DNA of 64,000 nucleotides, from assembly GCF_006345805.1 (NCBI RefSeq), contig NW_021831839.1, forward strand, positions 1 through 64,000, given 5' to 3'. Position 1 is the first letter of the stretch. Each line of letters starts with the position of its first letter. The notes beneath the pieces were generated by a model. It had not been told where the DNA came from and did not search any database. It saw only the letters and a program-made list of their open reading frames with translations. This document shows, one piece after another, positions 12,630-24,479 of the stretch. The position numbers and the translations under genes were made by a program. This stretch comes from Octopus sinensis (taxonomy: Eukaryota).

Positions 12630-15600
12630 TTACCGCTCTTTCTATCTGATCGGTCATGTTATTCTTTGCTCCGCAGTGAAAGATTGTTTTTGTGCTGAAA
12701 ATTGTGAAAATTTGCTGTTTTGGTCGTCGAGACCACTTCTTTTCTGCTGTTGCAGCAGAGTTTTGCTCTTCTTTCCCCCTTGTTTCAGGGGCGAAGCGAC
12801 GAAAAACATGAATTTGCCACCAATTTCTTCCGAGTCGGAGGAAAACTTTGAAAATTTGTTTGAAGGCATGAAGGCGAAAATGTGGGAGGAGGAAGGTAAA
12901 AGTAAAGAGGCGTCTCACGCGCGCATTACTAAAGAAGACGACAAGATGTCTAGCGAGGCTACTACACAACAGGAAAAGTCAAAAGTAAATTTTGCGAGTG
13001 CAGCAACTCGCCCCTGTGATAATATAGTTATTAACAAAGAAGAATTAAAGAAATACCAAGGTTTACTAAAAAAAAGGTGATAATGTGAAGTTGCTCCCTC
13101 CCAGTGAATTAATTTACGCGACGGAGAGAAGACGGTAATATACAAAACATATCATGTGAAAATAGAAAAATTGACTTCGTGCCGAGGGAAGCCATAGAAA
13201 AATGCTTGAGGCCGATATGGCAACAAACAAGTTATATAACGAGGGGTAGTCGCTTTGGCACTGTAGAGGTGCGTTTCCCTTGCGAAGAAAAAGCTAGGGA
13301 ACATTCACAAGGACATTGAAGTCGGAAGATGTAGTTCTCCTCCCGACTTATTTAGGAAAGAGAACTTCAAAAATAACGGTCACGGATATTCCACCCGAAA
13401 TAGATGTGGCCTTTGTCATAGCCGCTATTCTCTTAGGCAAAGAGGAAGAAATTGCCATTCTTCTGCCTAAGAGATATCGCCACATGAACTGGTTTGGACA
13501 AGATTTAGAGCTTGTGATCCAAGCAAACCCCTCAGACTTAGAAAAATTGCCCAGTTCCCTCACAATTGGAGAAAATACCTGCATGATGGTAGTAGTCGAG
13601 AGGAGAAAGCCATGATGTTACTAATGTGGCGAGAAAGGCCACATAAGGTCGAGCTGTAAGAAGAAGACAGCCAAAGAAAATGCTGCCGAAAAGGCAAGCA
13701 CGACGTCGAAGACAACAACCACACCGCTAGAAATAGCAGCCACATCGCGCACCCCAATTGCCGAAGTTCAGCCGACAGCGGGAGAAATCAACAACAACAA
13801 CGACGACGACAACATCAACAATAACATCCAGGAGTGGGTCACCGTAGCACCTTAAAAGGAAGACGGAAACGGAAAAACCCACCCTCTTCGGATACACAGG
13901 ACTATGCTCCGAGACAGACAAGCACACCCACACCCACAAATACAGTCGCTAACTCACACGTAGCCAAAAAAAACATACACACTGGAAAAAGCACACACAA
14001 ACACACACACCTACCACAAGCACACACACACCTACAAACACCCACGCTTCTACAAGCACACATACCCCCACAAACACACGCACACACACCCCTCCACAAT
14101 CGCCTAACATTAAAAAAAGAAACACCTTCACGGCGATAAATAAAAATAATAAACTATTAAGAGACCAAATTATTTTAATGAAATCGCCGAAAAAATATAT
14201 CGCAACAGATGTAAATAATACTATTTCTGAAAATGTAGAATTTTATACTATAGAGCCATCTGTACAGGCAATACGCAAAAAAAACTGACCTCGCAAAACA
14301 CAACACTCACAGACAGAAAAGATGAGGGTGAAACTACACCCTCTCTTCCGTTAAAACAGTAAGTTTTAAACTTTCGACTAATTTTTCACATTCTCGTTTA
14401 AACTCGGTTGTATAAATATTCGCGGCCTGGGGTCGTATTGGAAGCAAGGCTACCTCCTTAACGACCTTAGGTCGCATCGTTTGGATGTAGTGGTAATTAC
14501 CGAATCCAGACTGAGTGGGCTGCAGGCCTTTATGCCCCTTCTAAACGGCTACGAGAAATACGTTTCTCCCTGTCGACCTGGAGGGAGAGGAGGAGTGGCA
14601 GTGCTGGTCAGGAAAAACCTGGATTTAGAGATTAGAACTGTCTTTATAGATCCGGAAGGCAGGTAGGTTGTTTTGGATGTGACGCACAGAAGTGGTAAAG
14701 TGTTCAGGCTGGTCGCTGTCTCTGCTCCCTGCGAAGGAAAAGCCGGGCAGAAAGAGTATTTCAAAAGCCTAGAGAATTTTCTTGGCACGTCGAACACGTT
14801 AGTATTGCTAGGTGACTTCAACATAATTTGCGATGCAAGCGTAGATTATGTTGGCTCGAGAAAGAATAGGAGGGGATTACCTCACCTCAACGATATGTTA
14901 AGTCGTTTCGAATTGGCAGATAGATTCAGACTGGACCATCCAGACACTCCAGCGTGGACCTGGGCAAGAAACGACGGGGCGTCCAGATCTTACATCGATA
15001 GAATCATAACTAGAAGGAAAGATAAGAAAATACTTAGCTGTCCACAACACCATATCGTCAGCTACAGCGATCACAAATTAGTGACCTGTACGCTCGACAT
15101 AGATAGCATGTGTAGACGAGGTACCGGTTACTGGAAACTAAACAAGTCACTATTGGACTGTGAAGCCTACAGGAATCGGATTAAACAATTAGTAATGAGG
15201 GCGTTTACCGGATCCATTATCAACAACAAATGGTGGTACGCCCTGAAAAGAGCCATCAAATTTGAGTCAATTAGGTTTAGCAAAGAACTAGCTAGTGCTA
15301 GAAACAAAGTAGAAAAGGAACTAGTTAAGGCAATAGAAGAGGCAATGAGATCAGGCAGTGCATCGAAAGTGTTAGCGGCGAGGTTAGCACTCGACTAACA
15401 TCTCAAAGCTAAACATAAAGGGTGCATTGTCAGGGCTAAGATCCGTGCAATGAGACAGGAAGGGATCAACGCAGTCGGATGGGCCCGGGTGGTAGAGGGC
15501 CAGCATGGCAACAACTCAACCATTCGATCCTTGACGGGCCCAAATGGTCGATTAGTAAACGAACCCGAGGAGATGTGCAAGGTGTTTCATGATCATTTCG

Positions 15601-17971
15601 GCCAGCTATTCGGGAGGAGCGGCGAGCTGGAGCGCGGGGAGAAGCTCGCAGAGTTCCTAGCCGGTTCGCCGCGTCTATCGAGGCCGGACGCGGAATCTTG
15701 TGAGGCGCCGATCACAGCCAAAGAAGTCGAGGATATGTTGGCAGACTGCGGCGGGGACAAATCGCCGGGACTCGATGATCTGCCTTACGAACTCTATAGT
15801 AGCATGCCAGACTTGTTTGGGCACCTACTTGCATGCGTGTACACCAACTGGCAGCAGAACGGGAGAATTCCTAAGTCTGTGAGCCGAGGGGTGGTAGCGC
15901 TGTTAAGAAAGGACCCAAACAAGGGGGATTTAATTGATAATTTCCGGCCTATCACTCTGCTTAACGCAGAGTTGAAGATCTTGGCCAAGGTCTTAGCAAA
16001 AAGGTTGGCGCGGGTCTTGGGTGAACTTGTTGCGAGGCGCAAACTTGCGCCATCCCTGGAAGGACCATCCACGACAATCTCCACTTTCTACGCTATGCCT
16101 TAGAAAGGGTAAATAGGATTCCTGGCAAGAGTGGGGCTATGGTCCACTAGGACCAATCGAAAGCGTTTGATAGGGTGGACCATCAGTATCTGGCGGCGGC
16201 TGGCTTCGGCCCGACCTTCCGCGGATGGATCATCGCTTTATACAGCAACATCGAATCGGTAGTTCGGGTAAATGGTTTCCTTTCGGAGCCGTTCAGCATT
16301 GAACGTTCGGTACGTCAAGGGTGTCCTCTCTCCCCGCTTCTCTACGTTTTGGCCCTCGAGCCGTTGCTGAGGAGGTTGGAAACTATGAAAGGCACTCCGC
16401 AAGATCTTGGGTGCGGAAAGTCAGCTTCGGCGCATGCGGACGACATCACCGTCATCGTTTCCCGAGTCGAGCACCTACAGTGGGTGGGTGAGGCCTTAAG
16501 GGACTACGAAACGGTGGCAGGAGCGAAAGTCAACCGGGATAAATCGGTCGGCTTGCAACTCGGCACCTGGAGGGGCAAGACGATTTCTTCCGACAGCGTC
16601 GTAGGACGTTGGACGGAAGGACCGGTGAAAATGCTTGGGATCTGGTTAGGTCCAGATCTCCAGATAGAGAAGAACTGGAGCGAGGTGGCGAGAAAGGTGG
16701 CTCTCCTAACTCAGACATGGTCTGAGCGGAAGCTGTCCTTGAAAGGGAGGGCGGAGGTTGCAGAAGTGTTTATCGCCTCTGTAATCACTTACCGCCTGAC
16801 CGTCGTGCCTTGCCCTGATCCGTGGCTGAACAAACTGGAACGCATGCTCTTTCGCTTTTTGTGGAGGGGCAGCAGACCTCTTGTAAGGCGCTCTATTTGC
16901 TGCCAAAAGCCGCTGAAGGGTGGGTTAGGGATGCCGTGGCTAAAAATGCGCTCAGGCTTAGGCACCTCGGGATTTACCTGGACGGTGAGCAGGTGTGGTC
17001 TCCGTTTGTCAAGCTGTTATTTCCACAGTTCACATCGTTTAACGAACTGAACCCATGGATCAAGTGTAGACCGAGGTTGGGCATGTGGCATGCAGAGTGC
17101 TATCAGGCACTCGTGCTTCTTTCCCAGTCGGGCAACGCCGGTGGCGGGGGTACTACCTCGTTCTTCTATAGAGGGTTAGTAGAGTTTAAGTGTGACGACG
17201 TCCTAGGAGAAACTCTGGGCTTCGACGAAAATCAACTGGCCAGCCTGTTCCAAAGAACACTCGGTCCGGGGCCTATGGATAATTACCAAAAGTCCCTGGC
17301 CTGGCAATGTTACAAAGGAGCTTTACCGGTTCGAGATAAGCTCTTTAGACCTGGGTGTGCACCTTCGCCGGTTTGTGCAAGATGTCCTGCACGGAATTGT
17401 GCAATGCCCGAAGGTGACTGAACTCTGGGCTTATGTCGAACACCTGCTGTCGCATTCGAGAAGAGTACAACTGTCAAGCGAATCTGTAATTAAGATCGGT
17501 CCGCCGACCTTCCTGAATAGGGAGGAGCGAGCCTGGTTTATTTCGGTAGTTGCTATGGCGAAAGAAGTAGTGTGGAGGACGAGAGTAAAAGGAATTGCAA
17601 CAGGCCTGTTTATCTCCAGTCTCGAGCTAATCGACTTTTTCGTTTTCCACATGAAACGGAAAATAAGGCTGGAGAAGAAATGCCTGTCGCAAAGTGTGTT
17701 TCGTAAAAGATGGAAGTCTATAGCAAGTATGTTGCGAGTGAAAGAACCTGTTTTATCGAGAATGTAGAAAAGGAGAAATCGAAGTCTTCAGCGTATGTGG
17801 TTTGTGGGGTCAACCGTGTCCTCCGCTTCATTTTTTGTTATTCACTCATTCTCATTTAATTGTATATATTTTAATTGTTTGTTTATTCATACGTTTCGTC
17901 TCATTCGAAACCCTGACTCCAACGTTTGTTTGTCTCCTCTTTTTCTCAACCTTATGCTGAATAAAGAAATA
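12630..17971 (+). mobile_element. Tx1/L1-clade LINE copy 2, near full length, CpG-rich, frameshifted
   Basis: ORF1 from about 12808 with knuckle CY*CGEKGHIRSSC. ORF2 APE (GCINIRGL-like start near 14405, LLGDFN, YIDRI, YSDH, GTGYWKLN), RT (KSPGLDDLP, RQGCPLSP, HADDI) and C-terminal Cys motif. AATAAA at 17960. 5' boundary uncertain. Confidence 0.93.
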
Positions 17972-17990
17972 CTCTCTCTCTCTCTCTCTC
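17972..17990. repeat. (CT)n run at the Tx1 3' end
   Basis: Direct reading. Confidence 0.95.
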
Positions 17991-18239
17991 ATAAATCCTT
18001 TCATTCTTTATACGGTGGGATAGAAGTGAAAATAGAGAAGAAAGAGAGAAGAATAAATTACACAGAGAAAGAAAAGGAGGAAGTGAAAGTAGAAGAGTCT
18101 GAACGGACATACAACATTGAAATGCTATCAGCTTATTTATCTACATAACCTAATTGGTTAGACGATAATAGAACGATAGTAGAGTGAGGGTAAAAGAGAG
18201 AGAGAGGTAAACAACAAAACAATTGGTTGACCTAAAAGT

Positions 18240-18357
18240 TGTCGATGGCTATGTAAGCAAGGTAAAAATATATTCTGATCTTCTAAACGGGCTTGGTTTA
18301 GGTTTTACATCCGCGTTTACTCTATATAATGTAAATGTAAGGATATCATTGTCGTCG
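18240..18357 (+). promoter_or_regulatory. Possible promoter and non-coding first exon of the Ig-domain gene
   Basis: Strong donor CG|GTAAGT at 18358, two ATTGG (CCAAT) boxes at about 18154 and 18222, CpG-retaining non-repeat DNA. The start position is a guess. Confidence 0.3.
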
Positions 18358-18579
18358 GTAAGTAAATATTGTTTAATATTCATCTAAAGCTTGAATACAA
18401 GAAAACATAACTTGCTTTATAATTTCAACTGTCCAATTACAGAAGTTTAAGTTCATATTCGGTTTAAATTTGGAGGTTTTATGTCTATTTAAGCGCCTCA
18501 CAAAAAGCAGAGTAGCTTATTTAAACATGCACGCATAAAATGTGTAGACACACTGGTAAATTTTTACTGTTATCCGATA

Positions 18580-18610
<31 letters not shown>

Positions 18611-18694
18611 ATATTTACATGTATATGCGTGCATACATATATATTCTCTCTATACATTCACATAACACAACAGTATGTATATATATGTATGTGT

Positions 18695-18756
<62 letters not shown>

Positions 18757-18760
<4 letters not shown>

Positions 18761-19036
18761 AATATTAGGGAATGAATCCAAAATTACAGGGAAAAATCAG
18801 ATTTAGGGTTAAATCCATTTTATAGTAAAATATTATATAATATAATTCGAGACAAAACCACTATTTTAAAACCAAACAAGGAAAGACTTAATCAATACAT
18901 AAAATTTTAATATAAATTAAATAAACCGCCACTACAATTGTTTCATATCTGCTACCGACAATCTTCAGGTGGATTTTCGATCTTCTAATCAGTATCAAAA
19001 TTTGATACTGATTAGAAGATCGAAAATCCACCTGAA
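18757..19036 (-). mobile_element. PLE-type terminal fragment abutting (TA)n, ending in a fold-back palindrome
   Basis: Abuts (TA)n at 18690-18756. Contains a hammerhead motif at 18929-18972 and a perfect 36-bp-arm palindrome at 18964-19036. Confidence 0.55.
18929..18972 (-). ncRNA. Minimal type I hammerhead ribozyme motif
   Basis: Minus strand reads CCAC-CTGAAGA-TTGTC GGTAGCA GATAT-GAAA-CAATTG-TA-GTGG. Canonical core, GUA cleavage triplet, 4-bp stem I, palindromic stem III. Stem II closes with a T.T mismatch. Confidence 0.65.
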
Positions 19037-19044
19037 AAATTGAT

Positions 19045-19655
19045 ATCTTTTAATGAAATGTTATAAATATACTTCAGATGGTGCAGATTCTAGTGATATC
19101 GGCATTAGTTATAGGAAAAAATTTCCTGAAGGTGGGGAAGAGAGTTTCCGAAAATTTACAAAAGTCTGTTTTGTTTTTCTCATACCTTTCAGGAAACTGG
19201 GCATTTTTTCCCTTTTTTAATGAAATTTTCTATAAACACCATTCAGATAGTGTAGATTATGTTTGTATTGGAATTTAATATGTAAAAGAAAGTAAAAAAA
19301 GATATGGGCTTGCTCCCATTTATAATGACAAACAATTCTTATTGAACTTTCGAGTTTCATTTTGTGGTTTATATCAGTGTGTATTTGTGCGAGATCGCCA
19401 ATTACTCTTTCATTTTAAATACGATACAATCTTAACATACACTGTTTGAAAGATATTTATAGAAAATTTCCTCAATGAAAATCTATTTTACTGAAAGTTA
19501 GGTAGAAACAAAGCCAACTCGTATAAATTTTCCGAAACTGCTCTCCCGACACTCGGAAAAACTTTTTCGCAACAAGTTTCGATATAATCGAAGTCCACAC
19601 CTTCTGAATTCCAATTGTAAAGCATTTCATTCGAAAAAGTAAGTTATGAGGAAAC
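19045..19655. mobile_element. Degenerate MITE-like element with ~120-bp inverted arms
   Basis: 19045-19160 aligns loosely with the reverse complement of 19525-19640 (AATGAAATG...TTCAGA.GGTG...ATATCG...GTTTC.GAAAATTTA). Confidence 0.5.
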
Positions 19656-19686
19656 AAATCGGTGGTGGGGCACAGTTGTGTAGGTA

Positions 19687-19729
<43 letters not shown>

Positions 19730-19805
19730 CTGTTTATATCCGCCTAAAAGTTATAAATCGTGTTTGTGTGTGCATGCATATGTACATTAGAGATACTGTG
19801 CTACG

Positions 19806-19880
19806 ATGCGCATACAGTCTTCAGACGGATGTGTGTGACACACATACAGACACATATCCGTCTCAAGTCTGTATATGCAT
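19806..19880. other. Pre-miRNA-like hairpin
   Basis: 19812-19836 pairs with 19850-19874: 25 bp with 2 mismatches and 1 G.U, 13-nt loop, short basal extension. Confidence 0.35.
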
Positions 19881-19934
19881 ACGTTAGCTCAGTGACGCCA
19901 TTAGACACTCATCCACTGACCAGGAACTAAATTT

Positions 19935-20880
19935 GCTTGGGGTGTGCAAAGCAAAGTCCAAAAGTTTCTACGAACAAGATAGACTTTTCATTCTTAATAC
20001 CAAAACAGAAGTATAATAATAATGTTTTTATTATGGGGGTCGACTGAATAGGACCTGTGTGCTGGAGCATTCTCCTGATGAAACACGGCCCTCTTCATCA
20101 GTCTTCCTGGGCGTTTGGTCTTAGTAGCCTTTCATAACTGCCTTAGCAAGTTGGCATAGCACTCTCCATTGAAAGTGTGACCCTTATGAAGACAGTCAAT
20201 AAGCACAATGTCTTTTATATTCCAAAAAATCGGGGCCATAACCTTCTCTGTAGATGAAACAACCTTATCCTTCAGTGGAGCAGGTGAAGAGAGGTGTTTC
20301 TTTCCACTGCATGGATTGCTTCTTTGTCTCTGGCTCAATGTGATGAACCCAAAAACATCCTGGGTTAGGAAACAATCAAGGAAACGTGCTGGATCCACCT
20401 CAATGTCAGATGTTCTCGTGATCAACCTGGAGCATTTTTGATCGGGTGTCAGAACATGTGAGACCCAGCGAGCAGAAACCTTCATCATGCTATGTTCATT
20501 TTGCAGAATAGTCTCAACTCTCTCACAGGATATACTAACAGCACTGGGTATTTAATTTATAGTCAATCACCTATCATTCATCATTATGTGATGAACACAA
20601 TATCTTCCGTGGTGGCAGCAGCAGCTGCAGGACATCCAAGCCATGATTTTTCTGAAGACTATCTCTTCCCTTGCTAAATTTAGCTGCCACTTTTGTACTG
20701 ACAACAAGGCAGGAGTGTCAACCCTTAATGTATCATGTCTACATGAATAACATCGGCATGAATGTCCTTGAGTGCCAAAACCTTTCCCTGTAGGTACTTG
20801 ATTACAGCACGATGCCAAATTTTGTCTGTTTTCAAGAGAAGTTGCTAACAATTATTTTTGAAGTTTTCTCCGGACAGTCA
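19935..20880 (-). mobile_element. Mariner transposon remnant
   Basis: KVSARWVSHVLTPDQK, KVMAPIFWN, CYANLLRQL, FHQENAPAH. Many disablements. Confidence 0.88.
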
Positions 20881-22439
20881 GATATCATTATATCTGGAAA
20901 GAAACAATGCATTTATTAAATAGGAGAATTGAAATTAATGCAAGCAAGATTTCACAGCTCTTTCATCACTCTTTTATAGACAGCCTATGAAATTTTCATC
21001 CTACATTCGTACACATGGAAAAGTGTCTCAAAGCATTCCAAAAACTTTTCTGCATGCACTCATTTTAGCAAAGACACTTTCTACGAGGATGTGCAATGCA
21101 TTTTTATTATGCATTATGGCACTATGTGCTAGAGGGTGCTGTGTGATTGTGGTACAGAGCCTGTTCTTCAAATGGTGAATGTGTTGGATGTTTGCTCATT
21201 TGATGCTACAGACACAGGTGAAGACAGAATAAGCTGTGTTAGCATCAGCACTTGTAGCATACTAGAATGAAAAACAACATCAGAAGCTCTCCGTTTTTCT
21301 ACAATGTCACGTTGAGAATACTGACAGATTTTAGAATTCCTGGTTACGTATGTTGAAGCTGTAAAGTTTAATTAGTATTTGGTGGGGTGGGGGTTTTGAT
21401 AATGGTGGTGGTATGTGTACTTTGACATTGGCTGATACTGCTTGTACGAATTGTGCATCTTGAAACAGATGTGTTAATAGATTTTACTTTATTTACAGTT
21501 TGTAGATTTATGATAGTGCTGTGAGGTATACATTCAGATTGAGCTGGAGTTTTTTCTTTGGTAATTTTAAAGTTTATTGAAAATTTTAAAATTTGGTGTA
21601 TTGGTGCAATTCTCCACACTGAATCTCAGGGGCTAATTCACTTTTTCCAGAAATTAAAAAAAAAAAAAAGTTACAGAAGTTTAAAGTTTTATAATTTTTA
21701 TCCAGTCATAAAACAGAATTTGGAAGCTATAATTTTGTATGTTCCAGCACGTGATGTCAACTGTAAACAAATGAAATATTGACGAAATTCTGCTTTATGC
21801 ACACCATATAACCCCTCATAAATTTTTTATATTTCGGAATTTTCAGAAAATTTTTGTGAATTTGTATTCTACACACAAGAATTCATACAATTATGCAAAA
21901 ATGGAAATGCATTAGGAAATGTCTGAGGGATTGTTTACAAAGTATGATTTATTATGAAAGGAAAATTGTTTTAATATCTCTTATACAATTCCAAAATTGC
22001 ATGGCTTTCATGCCGGCTTTCTTGTAGACTAATTGAAACGAGAATGGCTGTTGGTCTACACATGATGTGATATTTGTCTTTAACTCTCCTTACCAAATAG
22101 TGCTAAATTTTCTATGTTCATTATGTGATCCACTCCAGAATGATAGCTATACATCATTGTAATCATCTTGACTGGCTCCAGTGAGTTGCAGGGCTGCATC
22201 ATGCTCCGTTTCAGCTTTGAGATCATTTCTCTGGCAGGATACCCCCTTTCTAACTCTAACCACTTTACAGTCTGTACTGCATGCTTTTTCATGCCACTGG
22301 CAGTTTTGAAGTTGCTAAGTAACTTGCAAGACAAAACAGAACAAGAAAGGAGAAGAAGAAAAACAGCCCTGTGTGACTTTCTACCCGGAACAAGCAAATG
22401 TGTGTTACTATAGAAAAGAAGCATGGCTACCCCACATTT

Positions 22440-23330
22440 AGATAAGGGTGGGTGACAGATGGTTGTGATGAGGTGCTAGAGCAAAACCTTCCAAGAGAAA
22501 GAGATAAAATGGGTAGTGGATCAGGAGGGAAGGAAGAGATGGTTAGAGATGGGTGTAGAAGGGAATGTAGGGAATGATGTGGAGAGGAGGTGTGGCTTAA
22601 GTGGAAATAGCATTATGGAGTGGGGTGTAAGTTGAGAGAGAAATAAGTGACTCAGTGCTAATGGATCAGAATGTAGAGGATGATGAACAAGGCACAAGAG
22701 CAGTGGGAAGAGGGATGTAGAGATACATAAGGGTGGCTATAGTGAGTGGGTGTGGTGCGAGAATGAGAGCAAGTATGAAGGGTGTTAAGGTAAAATATGG
22801 CAGAGAAGAGCTGGGGAACGGATGCTTGTTGAAAGAGATAATAATTAGAAGGAAGGATGGAAACTGAGGGAAGGCCATAATTGGTAACACATAGTGTTAG
22901 GGGATGTAATAGTGTCAAGGAGGGATTGATGTTGGGGAGCTGAGATGTGGGGATGTTTGACAGGGCCCAGCACAAGCAAGCATAACCAAGGTGATCTTAG
23001 GACCTTATATTTGCTGTGATGGATGGGTCTTATCAAGTATAATGAATCCCCAATCATTCAGTTCTTTGTCTTCCTGGGTCACCCTTTTCAACAAGTTCCA
23101 TCCACTTTAAATGACCAGCATTTCTTTATGCAACTGTTCTCATCCATTTACATCACATAACCAAACCAGTGCAGTCTTCACTTTTACATGCTGCATTTGA
23201 TTCCTTGTATGCCAGTTTGCTGTACATGAAACCTGACATTGCACATCCATTGGAGCATACTAGTTTCATTCCTCTCTAGTCTTTGCATGTCCTCTATATT
23301 CAGAGTCCACATCTCACCACATCATGATAG
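22440..23330 (-). mobile_element. Decayed RTE-X LINE 3' fragment
   Basis: Minus-strand peptide GEMWTLNIEDMQRLERNETSMLQWMCNV...RLHWFGYVM at about 23150-23320, followed by a C-rich UTR-like sequence. Confidence 0.7.
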
Positions 23331-23959
23331 TGTTGATGATGGGTGCTGGTGAGGAGCGTTGTGTTGGAGATGTAAGGGCAAGTGCGGCAGCATGGGCGGG
23401 AGCAGGGTAATGAGCTGGGTTTGGGAGGTTGAGTTAGGGAAGAAGCTGTGGACCAAGAGGTCTTGTAGGTTGTGGGCTCATTTGAAGGAGGGGAGGGGGT
23501 CAGTTAGGGAAGATATGCGAAGTGGAGGGGTCAGACTGGAGTCACCGTAAGGCTCGGAGAATGGTGCGTTGGAGAGGTAGGGTGGTGGGGTGGTAGGTGA
23601 GGAGAAACGGGAGACAGTGGGGCGGGTGCAGGGGGAGAGAGCAGATGCATGGTCCACAGAATATGCTCTGGCAAGGGCAGTGTGGATAGTGGTGAGGATA
23701 TATATATATATAAATGTGTTTATCTATCTGCCTGTTTGTGTGTGTCAGTTTATCTGTTTCTCTATCTACCTACTTACACAAACCCACCACAAATCACAAA
23801 AAATATGCAGTATATTGATTATGTTATCCTGTACTCTCCAGAGATGGTTGGTATGGAAGAAAATTTGAAAAACAGTCACCACATTTTCTTAATTACCTGC
23901 CAACTTAGAAGAGTCAGGCTTACATAATCAGGCTTTTACCTAACATCCTACTGAACCCC

Positions 23960-24200
23960 AGTGCAAAACCAATTTGTAAGATTGGCCACGATGGATGTAT
24001 AATATTTCAAATTTACAGAAAACAAAAGAGGAAGACAGGTGAGGGAACAACAGGTAGATGTATGAATTCAACGCTCAGGAAGAATGGAAAAGTCTTTGAT
24101 ATTTCAAGCTCATGCTCTTTGACAGAAAAGATTGAGTGGAGGAAAATGGAGAGAGAAAAAATGTGTAGGGATATATAAACTATACACTGTGATTTGTGTG
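23960..24200 (-). mobile_element. PLE-type terminal fragment, decayed
   Basis: Contains a CpG-decayed hammerhead-like string at 24090-24130 on the minus strand. Similar in style to other PLE ends in the window. Confidence 0.35.
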
Positions 24201-24479
24201 TGTGTGTGTCTGCTTGTCTTGACCTTGCACAATACTCATGAATGTGTCAGCATCATACATTTGGTGTTGCTCATTTCCAATCATCCACAAAAACATGTCC
24301 TGTCATGCAGAAAACATAACATTCTTGGAATCAAAGGAAGGTTGGGGAAAAGAGGGCCATCCAGTCAGAGAAAATCTGTCTCGGTGAATTCTTTCTCACT
24401 CATGTTAGTATAGAAATGTGGACATTAAAATGATGATGTTGATCATGAATTACTTCATATATTTGTAGACAATATTTAT

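Noticed and set aside
12391-13080. 185-aa and 192-aa overlapping ORFs as host genes
   Set aside because: They span the LTR end, the Tx1 5' UTR and the start of Tx1 ORF1. Only the part from about 12808 is ORF1.
20075-20101. CTGATGAA...TTCATCAG as a hammerhead or regulatory hairpin
   Set aside because: It is mariner coding sequence on the minus strand (FHQENAP region) and has no stem I or III.
22080-22424. 114-aa minus-strand ORF, possibly a PLE remnant
   Set aside because: Only weak motif hints (ERGYP). Not enough to call it a gene or an element.
24090-24130. Fourth hammerhead-like motif
   Set aside because: The core is too decayed to assign a register.
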